Positions 40,082 through 50,199 of a stretch of 64,000 bases of DNA are shown piece after piece (positions within the stretch are counted from its first letter, which is position 1; every line of letters starts with the position of its first letter). A model generated the notes under the pieces. That model had not been told where the DNA came from. It worked only from the letters and a program-made list of their open reading frames with translations, and did not search any database. The translations under genes and the position numbers were made by a program. This DNA is from a bacterium (GTDB lineage: Bacteria > Sumerlaeota > Sumerlaeia > SLMS01 > JAHLLQ01): contig JAHLLQ010000003.1 in NCBI GenBank assembly GCA_020444065.1, positions 132,979 to 196,978 on the forward strand, written 5' to 3'.

Positions 40082-41862
40082 GCCCGAAGAATTTCACGCC
40101 CCGCCTTGCCGTGGGCGGCGCAGGGAGTCTGCCCCACACGGATCCGCGCGATGCGGTCGAGTTCGTGCGCCGCACGACGCCGCGTCTCCCCTACTGGCCC
40201 CAGCTTCCGGCCCGCCGTCGAGACGAGATGATGCTGGCCCAAGTGCTCGGGCACCTGCCGTTGATGCGCGCCATCGACGAAGCCCACATGCACTACCAAT
40301 GGCGCCGTGGATTCGAGCCGCGCGAGTTGGATAAGCTGGATGGCGCAATCCCCTCGGAATCCGCCGCGGGATTCGAGGTCTTTCTGCGAGCCGCCGCGCG
40401 ATTCACGGAAGCGAAGGCCTTTCGCGGCCAGACGCCCGGGCCGGTGACGCTCGCGATGGCGATCGAGCGAGAAGGCAGCAGCCCCGTCATGGACGACCCG
40501 CCGTACGCCATGGCGGTGGCGCGCTATGCCGGGCGCGTCGCGGCATGGCAGGCCCGCCAACTGGCGGCCTACGCCGAAGGGCGGCCGGTGGCGATCACCA
40601 TGGACGAGCCCGCGCTGGCCGTACTGCTGCAGCGCGGCGCCCAGGCCCGAGCCGCGCGCGAGCAGATCGAGCTGATGCTGGCCGTCGCCGCAGAAACCAT
40701 CCGCAAGGCCGGCGCGATCGTCGGGCTGCACTGCTGCAGCGACACGCATTGGCCTTCCGTCCTCAGCCTCGGCCTGGACATCGTGAATTTTGATGCGACG
40801 AACCACTTGAGCTCGTTCATGGAGCACGAGGATTCCGTGAAGACCTTCATCGACGGCGGCGGCGTGATCGCCTGGGGCGCTGTGCCCACCGATGGCAGTG
40901 GTGAAGCCGACAACGTGGCCCGCATTCTCTTCGAGGTCGTGGCGACGACGTTCGGCCCGCGCGCGCGCCAAGTCTTCCAGCAGTCCTTCATCACGCCGGC
41001 CTGCGGGCTGGGGACCCTCGATGTCGAGACGGCCGAAACCGTGATGGCGCAGTGCCAGCAGGTTGCCGATATGCTGCGACGCCAGATGGGGCCGAGCTTC
41101 TCGACGAGTTCCGATGCCCTGCCCGCTGAGGGCACCCCCGCTCCGGAACCGGAGCCCGCGCCCGAAGCGGAAGAACCTCCGGTCGTAGAGGAAGAGGAGT
41201 CACCCGCCGAGGCCGAGGAGCAGGCGCCGGCTCGCCTGCGCATCACGCGCGTCTACACGAAGACCGGCGACGACGGAAAGACCGGCCTCGTTGGTGGCCA
41301 GCGCGTCGGCAAGAACGACCCGCGGATCGAGGCCTACGGAACCGTGGACGAGCTGGCGGCGGCGCTGGGCGCGGCGCGCCTGGCCGTCGAGACGGAGAAC
41401 GGCCAGTTCGAATCGATCGAGCAGGCAGAGATGCTCGATTCCCATCTGCAATTCATCCAGAATCAGCTTTTCACGCTCGGCGGCGACCTGGCGACGCAGC
41501 TTGAAGATCGCCACCCGCAGATGCCCCTGATTGGCGAGGCCGAGACGGCCTATCTGGAACGGCTCTGCGACAGCTTCAACGCGGAGCTCGAGCCGCTGCA
41601 GGACTTCATTCTCGCCGGCGGCAGCTCCACGGCCGTCGCCTTGCACCAGGCCCGCACCATCGCCCGTCGCGCCGAACGCCGTACCGTGACGCTCAGTATG
41701 ATCGAGAACATCGGTCCGCATGCCACCGTGTACCTGAATCGACTCAGCGACGCCCTCTTCGTGCTCGCTCGGTGGGCAAACCGACACCAAGGGATGGACG
41801 AAACCACATGGCAGCGCGATCAGCCCGAGCCCGCCATGCCGGAATCCAACGAGACGGAGTAG
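40078..41862 (+). CDS. Core methionine synthase (MetE C-terminal/MesB-like) fused to PduO-type cob(I)alamin adenosyltransferase
   Basis: GSLPHTD, WPQLP, GQTPGP, DEP, HCC, TPACGLG; acidic linker; RVYTKTGDDGKT, AYGTVDEL, RTIARRAER, YLNRLSDALF. Confidence 0.85.
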   Translation: MSPKNFTPRLAVGGAGSLPHTDPRDAVEFVRRTTPRLPYWPQLPARRRDEMMLAQVLGHLPLMRAIDEAHMHYQWRRGFEPRELDKLDGAIPSESAAGFEVFLRAAARFTEAKAFRGQTPGPVTLAMAIEREGSSPVMDDPPYAMAVARYAGRVAAWQARQLAAYAEGRPVAITMDEPALAVLLQRGAQARAAREQIELMLAVAAETIRKAGAIVGLHCCSDTHWPSVLSLGLDIVNFDATNHLSSFMEHEDSVKTFIDGGGVIAWGAVPTDGSGEADNVARILFEVVATTFGPRARQVFQQSFITPACGLGTLDVETAETVMAQCQQVADMLRRQMGPSFSTSSDALPAEGTPAPEPEPAPEAEEPPVVEEEESPAEAEEQAPARLRITRVYTKTGDDGKTGLVGGQRVGKNDPRIEAYGTVDELAAALGAARLAVETENGQFESIEQAEMLDSHLQFIQNQLFTLGGDLATQLEDRHPQMPLIGEAETAYLERLCDSFNAELEPLQDFILAGGSSTAVALHQARTIARRAERRTVTLSMIENIGPHATVYLNRLSDALFVLARWANRHQGMDETTWQRDQPEPAMPESNETE

Positions 41863-41868
41863 CGCCCC

Positions 41869-42081
41869 ATGCCGATTACGCATTGCTACTGCAAGAACCT
41901 CGCGTTCCGCGAGATCCTGGCGTGGGCGAGGGAGAACGAAGTCCTGACCGCCGAAGAGGTGGCGCGCCGGTTGAATTGCGGCAAGTCCTGTCGCCTCTGC
42001 CTGCCGTACATTGCCTACTGCCTCGCCACCGGCGTTACCGAAGTGCCCTATCCCTGCCCCCCGTTGGATTCGCCGGGATGA
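41869..42081 (+). CDS. BFD-like [2Fe-2S] protein
   Basis: CYC...CGKSCRLCLPY. Confidence 0.75.
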   Translation: MPITHCYCKNLAFREILAWARENEVLTAEEVARRLNCGKSCRLCLPYIAYCLATGVTEVPYPCPPLDSPG

Positions 42082-42983
42082 GAGCCGACCGAACATTGCG
42101 TGTTCTGGCGCTCGCGGGTGCCGTTCTCGCGCTGGTGCTCGTGGCAAGGGCCCCGGCGGCCCCAGCCGATGATCCGACCACGCCCACACGCATCATCTCC
42201 TGCGCACCAAACCTGACCCAGATGCTCTTCGCCCTCGGCGCCGGCGACCAGGTGGTGGGCGTGACGCGCTACTGCCAGGACCCGCCCGAGGCCGCGACGC
42301 GCCCGGCGATGGGGGACCTCTTCAGCCCCAACCTGGAGGCCATGGTCGCCGCCGATCCGGACATGGTTGTTGCCTATCCCAGCAGCGCAAAGGTGATCGA
42401 TTTCTTCAATAACCGACAAGCCATTCGGCTTGTCGTTACCAATACTTGCGAAACCCGCGAAGAGATCGCCCGCACCATGCGCGATCTCGGCCGAGCCCTT
42501 GGTCGAGAGGATCGAGCGGAGGAGTTGATTGCCGCAACAAACGCTGATATTGCTCGACTTGAGGATGGCTGGAAGGACGAGCCACCGCTCAAGGTCCTGA
42601 TCGTTGTCGGTCGCCAGCCCGGCAGCCTGGCGAATCTCTATGCCGCCGGGAGGGGCACCTATCTGGACGAGCTTTTGACGATTTCGGGCGCGGAGAACGT
42701 CGTCCCTGGGGAGCTTGGTAAGTATCCCGTCCTCAACCGCGAGGCCATCCTCTCCATGCGGCCCGATGTCATCATCGAAACGCACCACGAGGAGGAGACC
42801 GATCGGGAACACGCCGAGGCGCGCGCCGCCTGGAAGGCCATGTCGCCCCTGCCAGCCGTGCGCGATGGGAGGATCCTCTTCCTGATGGACAAGCGCGTCC
42901 TCTTGCCGGGGGCTTTCCTCGAACGCGACGCACGCACGCTGCACGATCTGATCCGCCCTGAGACCGTCGGCACGGAGCCATGA
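42078..42983 (+). CDS. Cobalamin ABC transporter substrate-binding protein (BtuF-like)
   Basis: RIISCAPNLTQMLFALGAGDQVVGV, PNLE, PAVRDGRI. Confidence 0.88.
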   Translation: MRADRTLRVLALAGAVLALVLVARAPAAPADDPTTPTRIISCAPNLTQMLFALGAGDQVVGVTRYCQDPPEAATRPAMGDLFSPNLEAMVAADPDMVVAYPSSAKVIDFFNNRQAIRLVVTNTCETREEIARTMRDLGRALGREDRAEELIAATNADIARLEDGWKDEPPLKVLIVVGRQPGSLANLYAAGRGTYLDELLTISGAENVVPGELGKYPVLNREAILSMRPDVIIETHHEEETDREHAEARAAWKAMSPLPAVRDGRILFLMDKRVLLPGAFLERDARTLHDLIRPETVGTEP

Positions 42984-43762
42984 AAAGCGCTTACACCATT
43001 GAAAACGTACGGTTTGCCTATTCTGGGCCATCGCCGCTGCTGGATAGCGTTGACCTGGAGATTCCCGCTGGCCGCATCGTCGCCATCGTCGGCCCGAATG
43101 GCGCCGGCAAGAGCACCCTCCTGCGCCTGATGACGGGTCTGCTGAGGCCCGAGAGAGGCCGGATTCTGCTCCAGGGCAATCCCCTCCAGGCGATGCCACG
43201 CCGCGAGATCGCCCGGACCGTTGCCGTCGTTCCTCAAGGCGAATCATCCGCCTTCCCGTTCACGGTCGAGGAGATTGTGCAGATGGGCCGCGCGCCTCAT
43301 CTGCGGGGTCCCCTGGCCCAGGAATCTGAGGACGACGTCGCGATTTCCCGACAAGCTATACGGCTTGTCGGGCTGGAGCCCCTGCTCCACCGCCCGGTCT
43401 CCCAGCTTTCCGGCGGAGAGCGACAACTCGTACTGATCGCCCGGGCCTTTGCACAGCAGACGCCGATCCTGTTGTTGGACGAGCCGACGGCGTCGCTCGA
43501 TCTCGCGCACCAGCAACAGATCCTCCGCCTCGTCGTCCGCCAGGCGCGCGAGCAGTCCCAGACTGTCGTACTGATTTTGCACGACTTGAACCTCGCCGTT
43601 CGCTTCTGCGACGAGATCGTGGTGCTGCACGAGGGTCGCGTTGCCGCCCACGGTACGCCGGAGGAGATCCTGCAGCTCGAGCTCCTTGAGCGCGTCTACG
43701 CCGCCGAGATCTGGACGGCGCCCGGGCCGGACGGACACCCGATCGTGGGGTTGCGGCCATGA
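42980..43762 (+). CDS. Cobalamin/siderophore ABC transporter ATPase (BtuD-like)
   Basis: GPNGAGKST, LSGGERQ, LLLDEPT, LHDLN. Confidence 0.92.
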   Translation: MKSAYTIENVRFAYSGPSPLLDSVDLEIPAGRIVAIVGPNGAGKSTLLRLMTGLLRPERGRILLQGNPLQAMPRREIARTVAVVPQGESSAFPFTVEEIVQMGRAPHLRGPLAQESEDDVAISRQAIRLVGLEPLLHRPVSQLSGGERQLVLIARAFAQQTPILLLDEPTASLDLAHQQQILRLVVRQAREQSQTVVLILHDLNLAVRFCDEIVVLHEGRVAAHGTPEEILQLELLERVYAAEIWTAPGPDGHPIVGLRP

Positions 43763-44781
43763 CCAAGCGACCCCGCATCGCCATTGTTTTTGCGAGCCTG
43801 ATTGTGCTCCTCGCGATCGTCTTCATCGTCTCGCCGCTGGTCGGCCCAACGTCGATCTCCTGGTCGCGCGCTCTCGATCATTCGATCCCGATCGACCAAA
43901 ACACCGATCGCCTGATCTTCGAAACCATCCGACTGCCGCGGGCGCTCTTCGGCGTGCTGGCAGGAGCCGTGCTGGCCTTGGCCGGCGCGGTCTTCCAGGC
44001 ACTCTTGCGAAACGACCTGGCGACGCCTTACACCCTCGGTATCAGCGGCGGCGCGACCTTCGGCGCTCTCGGCACCATCCATCTCCTTGCCGCGGGCGTC
44101 GCCACCGGCTTCGCTGCCCTGCTCATCCCGGGGGCCGCCTTTGCCGGAGCCGCCATCGCCGTGGCGCTGATCCTCGCTCTTGCGCACCGCCCTCGCGTAG
44201 CCGATCGCATGAGCACGCTCCTGCTGGCGGGCGTGACCATGAACCTGATCTTCGCCGCCGGCGTCCTGATCCTCCAGTACCTCGCCAACCCTTACGAAGC
44301 CTACGGCATGCTGCGCTGGATGATGGGCGGGCTCGACGTCGCCAGCCTCACCGTCCCCGGGCTGCTGCTGCTGCCCGTCCTTGCTGGCGGCGCCTTCCTG
44401 ATCTCGCGAGCGCACGCGTTGAACCTCATGACCTTGGGCGACGCGACCGCCACCCACCTTGGCATCGACGCCAAGCGCACGCGCCTGACCTGCCTCGGGG
44501 TCGCTGCAGCGCTGACTTCTCTGATCGTGGCGTATGCCGGGCCGATCGGGTTCGTCGGCCTGATCGTCCCCCACGCCATTCGTCGGCTGCTGGGGCCCGA
44601 CAATCGAATCCTCCTGCCTGCCTCCGCCCTGGCAGGCGCCGCGTTCCTGATCGCGTGCGACACCGCCGCTCGTGCCATCGGCGGAGCCACTGAAATTCCC
44701 GTCGGAATATTGACCGCCTGCCTGGGCGGCCCATTCTTCCTTTGGATCCTCTTCCGCCAGGGCGCGGCCGCCACTCGCTGA
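43759..44781 (+). CDS. FecCD/BtuC-family permease
   Basis: IRLPR, QALLRNDLATPYTLGISGGA, GPIGFVGLIVPH. Confidence 0.92.
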   Translation: MTKRPRIAIVFASLIVLLAIVFIVSPLVGPTSISWSRALDHSIPIDQNTDRLIFETIRLPRALFGVLAGAVLALAGAVFQALLRNDLATPYTLGISGGATFGALGTIHLLAAGVATGFAALLIPGAAFAGAAIAVALILALAHRPRVADRMSTLLLAGVTMNLIFAAGVLILQYLANPYEAYGMLRWMMGGLDVASLTVPGLLLLPVLAGGAFLISRAHALNLMTLGDATATHLGIDAKRTRLTCLGVAAALTSLIVAYAGPIGFVGLIVPHAIRRLLGPDNRILLPASALAGAAFLIACDTAARAIGGATEIPVGILTACLGGPFFLWILFRQGAAATR

Positions 44782-44907
44782 TCCGTAAGATCCAACACCA
44801 CCAACTGCCAATGTCCTTGAGAGCATCCGGGTTGCGTTGGGTCCGGGGGGTGGGGCTGAATTACAGATTGGGCTTTGGCCCACGATTTTGTGCCAGGGAG
44901 TACTTCT

Positions 44908-46251
44908 ATGAGCCAGCCGATCGTTTCTATCGCCGGATTGCGGGGGATTGTCGGTACGTCTTTCACGCCGGAGATTATTCTGCCGTACGTGGCCGCTTTT
45001 GCGGATCTGGTGAAGCCGAAGCGCGTGGTCGTGGGCGGCGACAGTCGTCCGTCGCGTGCGTGGGCGCAGCCGGTTGTGGAGTCGATTCTACGGTCGCGCG
45101 GGGTGGATGTGATCTCGATCGGGCTGGTGCCGACGCCGACGATGGGGATGGCGGTGCGGCGCTACAAGGCGGGCGGCGGCATTGCGATTACGGCGAGCCA
45201 CAATCCGTCGGAATGGAACGGGCTGAAGTTCTTTCACTCGAAGGGCGAGTTTCTGACGCCGAAGCATCACGAGCAGTTGCATGCGCTGATGAAGAAGCCC
45301 GCGTCGCCGAAGGGCACTGCGAAGATCGGCAGTTGGCGCGAGGAAACGGACATGGCGCAGTATCACCTGGAGCAGTTGCTGAAGGCGTTGCCGCAGGTGA
45401 CTCGCCGGCGGCGCAAGCTGCGCATCGTGATCGATTGCTGCAATGGTGCTGGGACGATTCTGGCTCCGTTGGTGGCGACGGCGTTGGGCGTGAAGGTCGA
45501 TGCGATTTTCGACGATCCCGGGCGGACGTTCCCGCGCGGGGCGGAGCCGTTGCCGAAGAATCTGCGTGTGTTGTCACGCGAGGTGAAGCGCATTGGGGCG
45601 GATTTGGGTGCGGCGATCGATCCCGATGCAGATCGCATTGCGTTTGTGGATGAAACGGGTCGCCCGATTGGCGAGGAGAGGACGCTGATTCTGGCGGCGG
45701 ATTCGTACCTGTCGCTGACGGGCGAGAAGACAAAGCTTGTGGCGAATCTTTCGACGAGCATGGGGCTGGATCGCCTGGCGGAGAAGTACAACACGACGGT
45801 GAAGCGCACGAAGATCGGCGAGGCGCATGTTCTGGCGGGGATTCGCGCGGCGCGTGCGAAGATCGGCGGCGAAGGAAACGGCGGCGTGATCTTGCCACTG
45901 GTGCATCCGGGTCGCGATGCGGCGACGGCGCTGGCGTTGATTCTGCTCGGCATGCAAACGAGGAACAAGACGCTGTCGAAGTGGAACGAGGTCGTGACGG
46001 ACTATGAGCTCGTGAAGGGCAAAGTGGAACTCGGTGGCTTGTCGGTTGCTGAAACGCTGAAGCGCGCGAAGGCGGAGTTCAAGGACGCCGTCTCCGTGGA
46101 CGAAACGGACGGCGTGAAGTTCCTGTGGGACAACGCGTGGGTGCATTTGCGTCCAAGCGGAACGGAGCCGATTCTGCGCATCTTTGTTGAGGCGCCGACA
46201 AAAGCGGATGCGCGCAAGCTGGTGAAGCGCGCTGGAAACGCGATCGCGTAA
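44908..46251 (+). CDS. Phosphohexomutase (GlmM/PMM family)
   Basis: TASHNP, DPDADR, GGEGNGG, RPSGTEP. Confidence 0.92.
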   Translation: MSQPIVSIAGLRGIVGTSFTPEIILPYVAAFADLVKPKRVVVGGDSRPSRAWAQPVVESILRSRGVDVISIGLVPTPTMGMAVRRYKAGGGIAITASHNPSEWNGLKFFHSKGEFLTPKHHEQLHALMKKPASPKGTAKIGSWREETDMAQYHLEQLLKALPQVTRRRRKLRIVIDCCNGAGTILAPLVATALGVKVDAIFDDPGRTFPRGAEPLPKNLRVLSREVKRIGADLGAAIDPDADRIAFVDETGRPIGEERTLILAADSYLSLTGEKTKLVANLSTSMGLDRLAEKYNTTVKRTKIGEAHVLAGIRAARAKIGGEGNGGVILPLVHPGRDAATALALILLGMQTRNKTLSKWNEVVTDYELVKGKVELGGLSVAETLKRAKAEFKDAVSVDETDGVKFLWDNAWVHLRPSGTEPILRIFVEAPTKADARKLVKRAGNAIA

Positions 46252-46265
46252 AAAGGGACGGAGTC

Positions 46266-47693
46266 ATGTCGCGACTGCTGATTTTGGGAGTTGGCCCCCG
46301 ACCGGCACCGGCCGCGCGCCAGGTGTTTGCTCCCGGATTGCGCCTGGCGACGATGATTCACGAGTTGGCGGCGGACGGTCACGAGATCGCAGTCGGGGAG
46401 TTTCTCTTTGGCGGGGCGGAGAAAGCCGCAGAGGATCAGTCCGATGGAGTTGCCCGGCATGAATTCCTGCCTTCGGATATTCCGCAAGCTGCGGATCGCA
46501 TTGCGGCGCTGGCGCGCGAGCACAATGCCGATGCCGTTGTGGCGCTGACGGATGTGGCTGCGCTGGCGGCCGTTCGGTCGGAATTCGATGGGCCGCTCTA
46601 TATCGATTACAACGGCCATCCGATGGCAGAGCGGCAGATGCAGGCCGAGGTTCACGGCAGCAACGCGGCGCTGCACGATCAGTGGCTCTATGTTCTGCCG
46701 GTTCTGGTGCGCGCGGATATGTTTGGCGTTTGTTCCGGAGCGCAGCGCTATGCGTTGCTGGGCGAATTGGGCGCTGCGGGACGGCTGAATGCGGCGACGT
46801 GCGGCCATGAACTGGTTCAAGTTCTTCCGGTCGTGTTGCCGTTTGACGAACCGTTTCGTTCTTCTCAGCGGGGTTATCTTCGGGGCGGCATTGTTCCCGA
46901 AGATGCGCGGATCATCTTGTTCACCGGCGGCTACAACACGTGGCTAGATGAAGCGACTTTATTCGAGGCGGTCGAGCGCGTTCTCGCAAACGATCCGCAA
47001 GCGGTGTATGTGACGACCGGCGGTGAGATTGAAGGGCATGTGAACAAGGTCTTTCGGAACTTTCGCGCTCGTGTCGAGAAGTCGCCGCACCGGGACCGCT
47101 ATCATTTCCTCGGTTGGATCGAGCATGATCGATTCATCGATTGTTGTTTGGAAGCAGACGTTGGTGTTTCGTGCGACCGCTGGACGCTGGAGGGCGAGTT
47201 GGGTTGCCGCAACCGGCTGTTCGGTTGGCTATGGGCTGGAATGCGCGCCGTGATGAACGATCCGACGGAAATCACGGCAGAGTTCGCCGATGCGGGATTG
47301 ATCGCTACGGCCCGTGCTGGAGACGCCGCCGACTTTGCGGAGAAACTGGGGACGGAGTTGCGCCTTGGGCGTTTCGATGAGCAGGAAGCAGAACGTCGGC
47401 GGGAGAAGTTGCACGAGCTTCGTGGGGCGGGAAAGTGCTACGAGCCACTGCGGAATTGGGCGAAGAATCCTCAGCCCGCACCGGATCGGGTCGCCACGGG
47501 ACAAGTTGAGAATCCACTCGTGAATTTGCAGCGCGAGTTTCTGAACCGAGACGAGACCGTGTCGCGCGACGTGGAAGAATTGGTTCAGCGGCTGTCCGGA
47601 AGCCGGGCGTTTGGGGTTTATGAGAACCTTCATCCGGATGTCCGGCGTCTGCTGGAACGGATCCGGAGTCGTATCGAGAGCAAGAAAGAATAG
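46266..47693 (+). CDS. GT-B (GT4-like) glycosyltransferase
   Basis: PGLR N-motif, GGYNTWLD, FLGWIE, EADVGV...E.ELGCRNR. Confidence 0.7.
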   Translation: MSRLLILGVGPRPAPAARQVFAPGLRLATMIHELAADGHEIAVGEFLFGGAEKAAEDQSDGVARHEFLPSDIPQAADRIAALAREHNADAVVALTDVAALAAVRSEFDGPLYIDYNGHPMAERQMQAEVHGSNAALHDQWLYVLPVLVRADMFGVCSGAQRYALLGELGAAGRLNAATCGHELVQVLPVVLPFDEPFRSSQRGYLRGGIVPEDARIILFTGGYNTWLDEATLFEAVERVLANDPQAVYVTTGGEIEGHVNKVFRNFRARVEKSPHRDRYHFLGWIEHDRFIDCCLEADVGVSCDRWTLEGELGCRNRLFGWLWAGMRAVMNDPTEITAEFADAGLIATARAGDAADFAEKLGTELRLGRFDEQEAERRREKLHELRGAGKCYEPLRNWAKNPQPAPDRVATGQVENPLVNLQREFLNRDETVSRDVEELVQRLSGSRAFGVYENLHPDVRRLLERIRSRIESKKE

Positions 47694-47703
47694 GCGAGAG
47701 AAC

Positions 47704-48240
47704 ATGTCATTTCAGAAGTCCCACACGCCAGAGGATCAATCTCCCGCAACGATTGAGGAGCATCTTGAGATCGAGTGCATTCGCGAGCGCATCTTACGCG
47801 CCGACTCGTACAAGGATGCGTACGCGCTGATCAACGAGCAGTTGAACGCAATTCACATGCGCGCCACAGGCGTGATCACGATCGCGGGCGTCGTTGTGAC
47901 GGTGACGGGATTCAGCGGGCGGACGATTGCGGGGACAAGCTTGTTGGCGCAGATTCTTGTCGTGAGCGGCCTGCTGGCGTGTGTGCTGGCGGCGGCGATC
48001 ACGATGCTCTACGTGACGCCAGTGCGTTGGCTGACGTCGTACATGCACCTGGATCCGGAGCAGTGGTTGCTCGCCGCCATTCGTCGTCGGGACAAGAAGA
48101 CGAAGGCGCACCGGATCGCCGTGATCGTGCTGGTGATCGGGCTGACGTTGTATGGGCTATCGATTTGCCAGATGCTGATGTTCCCGTTCGAACACATGAT
48201 TCACGAGCAGCAAGAGGTCCCGGTTGTGCAGCAGGACTAG
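47704..48240 (+). CDS. Hypothetical membrane protein
   Basis: 178 aa with about three hydrophobic helices. Confidence 0.7.
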   Translation: MSFQKSHTPEDQSPATIEEHLEIECIRERILRADSYKDAYALINEQLNAIHMRATGVITIAGVVVTVTGFSGRTIAGTSLLAQILVVSGLLACVLAAAITMLYVTPVRWLTSYMHLDPEQWLLAAIRRRDKKTKAHRIAVIVLVIGLTLYGLSICQMLMFPFEHMIHEQQEVPVVQQD

Positions 48241-48248
48241 CCGGCGGG

Positions 48249-50030
48249 CTATTTCTTTTCTCGATCCAAACGCCGCTTGATGGCGGTGTATTTCGCTTCA
48301 TTCGCCTTGTTGATCGGATTGACCTTCGCGGCATCCTCCTTCGGGCCGGGGTAGACGATCGCGCCGCGCTCGCGAAGGCTCTCGCGCAGCTTCTGGGCGC
48401 CGTTGGGAGCCTTGATGCTGAGCCATTGATCAGTGAGAAGCTTCACGATGACTGCATTCTCATCTTTGCGTAGCCAATCGGGGAAATCGGTCGGCTTGTC
48501 GCGTCGGCCGAGGTCATCGATGAAGTAGGTGGTGCCGCGTTTCTTGATCAGTTCCCATCCAGCTTTCTTTTCGTGGCCGACGCCGCCGCGGCCGGAGACT
48601 TCCATGTGTGCGACTTCGCGATCGTTCAGGCCGAGGATGTCGAATGTCGGCAGGCCGCTGACGTAAGGCACGACGCCGGCCGCGCCGATTGCGAGGCGTT
48701 CGTCGGGGTCTGCAAATTCTCGCAGCCACTCGCCGACGGGGTGCCACTGGCTTTCCCAGTTCCAGAGTTGGTAGTGAATGGCCGGCGCGATCTTCAGTTC
48801 GCCGAGTGCCTTGACGTGCGGGTTATTGAGAGATGTGTAGAAGGCGCGGCCCATCATAGTGCCACCCAGGAGTGTCAACAGGGCCAACACGAGCGGACGC
48901 GCGATGGCTTCCCAACGATCGCGCGAAGGGAGCCAGCCGGAGATGGCTTCGAAGCTGAGCGGAACAAGCAACGCGATGAACGGAATCGTCGGCGCGAGAA
49001 GACGGAACTCGAAGACGTCGCCGCCGGTGTAGGCCAGGTAGAGACACATTCCGGCGGTAAGAAGACAGAGCGTTGCGATCTGTCCCGAGATCGGGCGGTG
49101 GCGCTGGAAGACGACAGCAATGAAGCCGATCAGTCCGCAGAACGCCAGAATCATCCAATGCAAGTAGTTGATATCGAGATAGAGGCGCACGTACGGAATG
49201 CCGTTCTCGAAGTACGCGCCGGGGACTTTTGCGTAGAATGTGTTCGGCAACCACGCGCCGTAGTAGGCGTGTCGCCAGAGCAAATGCGTGCCGCCGATGA
49301 CGGCGCATACGCCGCCCCAGATGAGCACGCGGCGCCAGCCCTTCCACGCACCGGGTACGCCCTTCGCAAAAACGAGTCGGCGGAAAATCAGCACGGAGCC
49401 GAGGATGAGGCCGAGCATGTAGGCTTCCGGTCGCGTGAGCAGTGCAAGCGCCATGGGGATGGCGCTCCAGGGACGTTGTGCATGGAGTGGCGTGAATTCC
49501 TCGCGCAGGAAACGGCCGGTTGCGACAGCCACGAGGAAGGTGAAGAAGTGCGTCTCAAGTCCGCCGGCCATCCACGCGTGCAGCGTCTCGTGGCAGGCAA
49601 CGAGTCCGACGCCGAGCCACAACCAGCGGTGGCCGGCTTCGCCGCGGCGGAGGAGCTCCCACCAGACGACGACGACGATCAGCAGGCCGAACAGGCGATT
49701 CCAGAAGAGCATCAGGTGCTCGGGATGTTTTGTGAAGAAGAAGTGGACGCTCATGAAGAGCATCCACAGGAAATTCGTGTAGCCTTCGACGGGTTCTTCG
49801 CCGGGGTTGTAGACGGGGCCGTGGCCTTCGAACAAGTTGCGCGCGTAGCGGAGCGAGATGAACGCGTCGTCCAGGAGGATCGTGTAGCGCAATCCCATCA
49901 TCAGGGCGATGACCAGGCCGAAAACGAGAATCCCGAGCGCAGCGGGGGACATGGCCAGCAGCCATGACCGTCGACGCGAGAGGGCGTCGAGATTCGGCGA
50001 TGGATTGTAGCGCATGAATGGGGAAATCAT
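48249..50030 (-). CDS. GT-C membrane glycosyltransferase (arabinofuranosyltransferase-like)
   Basis: DDAFISLRYARN, VEGYTNFLW, GLET, TRPE, PNTFYAK, DILGLND; start uncertain. Confidence 0.8.
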   Translation of the reverse strand: MISPFMRYNPSPNLDALSRRRSWLLAMSPAALGILVFGLVIALMMGLRYTILLDDAFISLRYARNLFEGHGPVYNPGEEPVEGYTNFLWMLFMSVHFFFTKHPEHLMLFWNRLFGLLIVVVVWWELLRRGEAGHRWLWLGVGLVACHETLHAWMAGGLETHFFTFLVAVATGRFLREEFTPLHAQRPWSAIPMALALLTRPEAYMLGLILGSVLIFRRLVFAKGVPGAWKGWRRVLIWGGVCAVIGGTHLLWRHAYYGAWLPNTFYAKVPGAYFENGIPYVRLYLDINYLHWMILAFCGLIGFIAVVFQRHRPISGQIATLCLLTAGMCLYLAYTGGDVFEFRLLAPTIPFIALLVPLSFEAISGWLPSRDRWEAIARPLVLALLTLLGGTMMGRAFYTSLNNPHVKALGELKIAPAIHYQLWNWESQWHPVGEWLREFADPDERLAIGAAGVVPYVSGLPTFDILGLNDREVAHMEVSGRGGVGHEKKAGWELIKKRGTTYFIDDLGRRDKPTDFPDWLRKDENAVIVKLLTDQWLSIKAPNGAQKLRESLRERGAIVYPGPKEDAAKVNPINKANEAKYTAIKRRLDREKK

Positions 50031-50199
50031 GGAGCCGGGCCTCGGGGTTTCGTTGCTTCTCGCCACTTGGCCCAAGCCTCGGCGGGCGGGCAACGGGGTT
50101 TTTCGATTTTCCCGACGGAAGAATGCCGATTGCCATTCGGCAGCGGAGCGGCAATAGTGCGCAGACACAACAAAACATCAACTTCGGGAGGGGTTTCCG

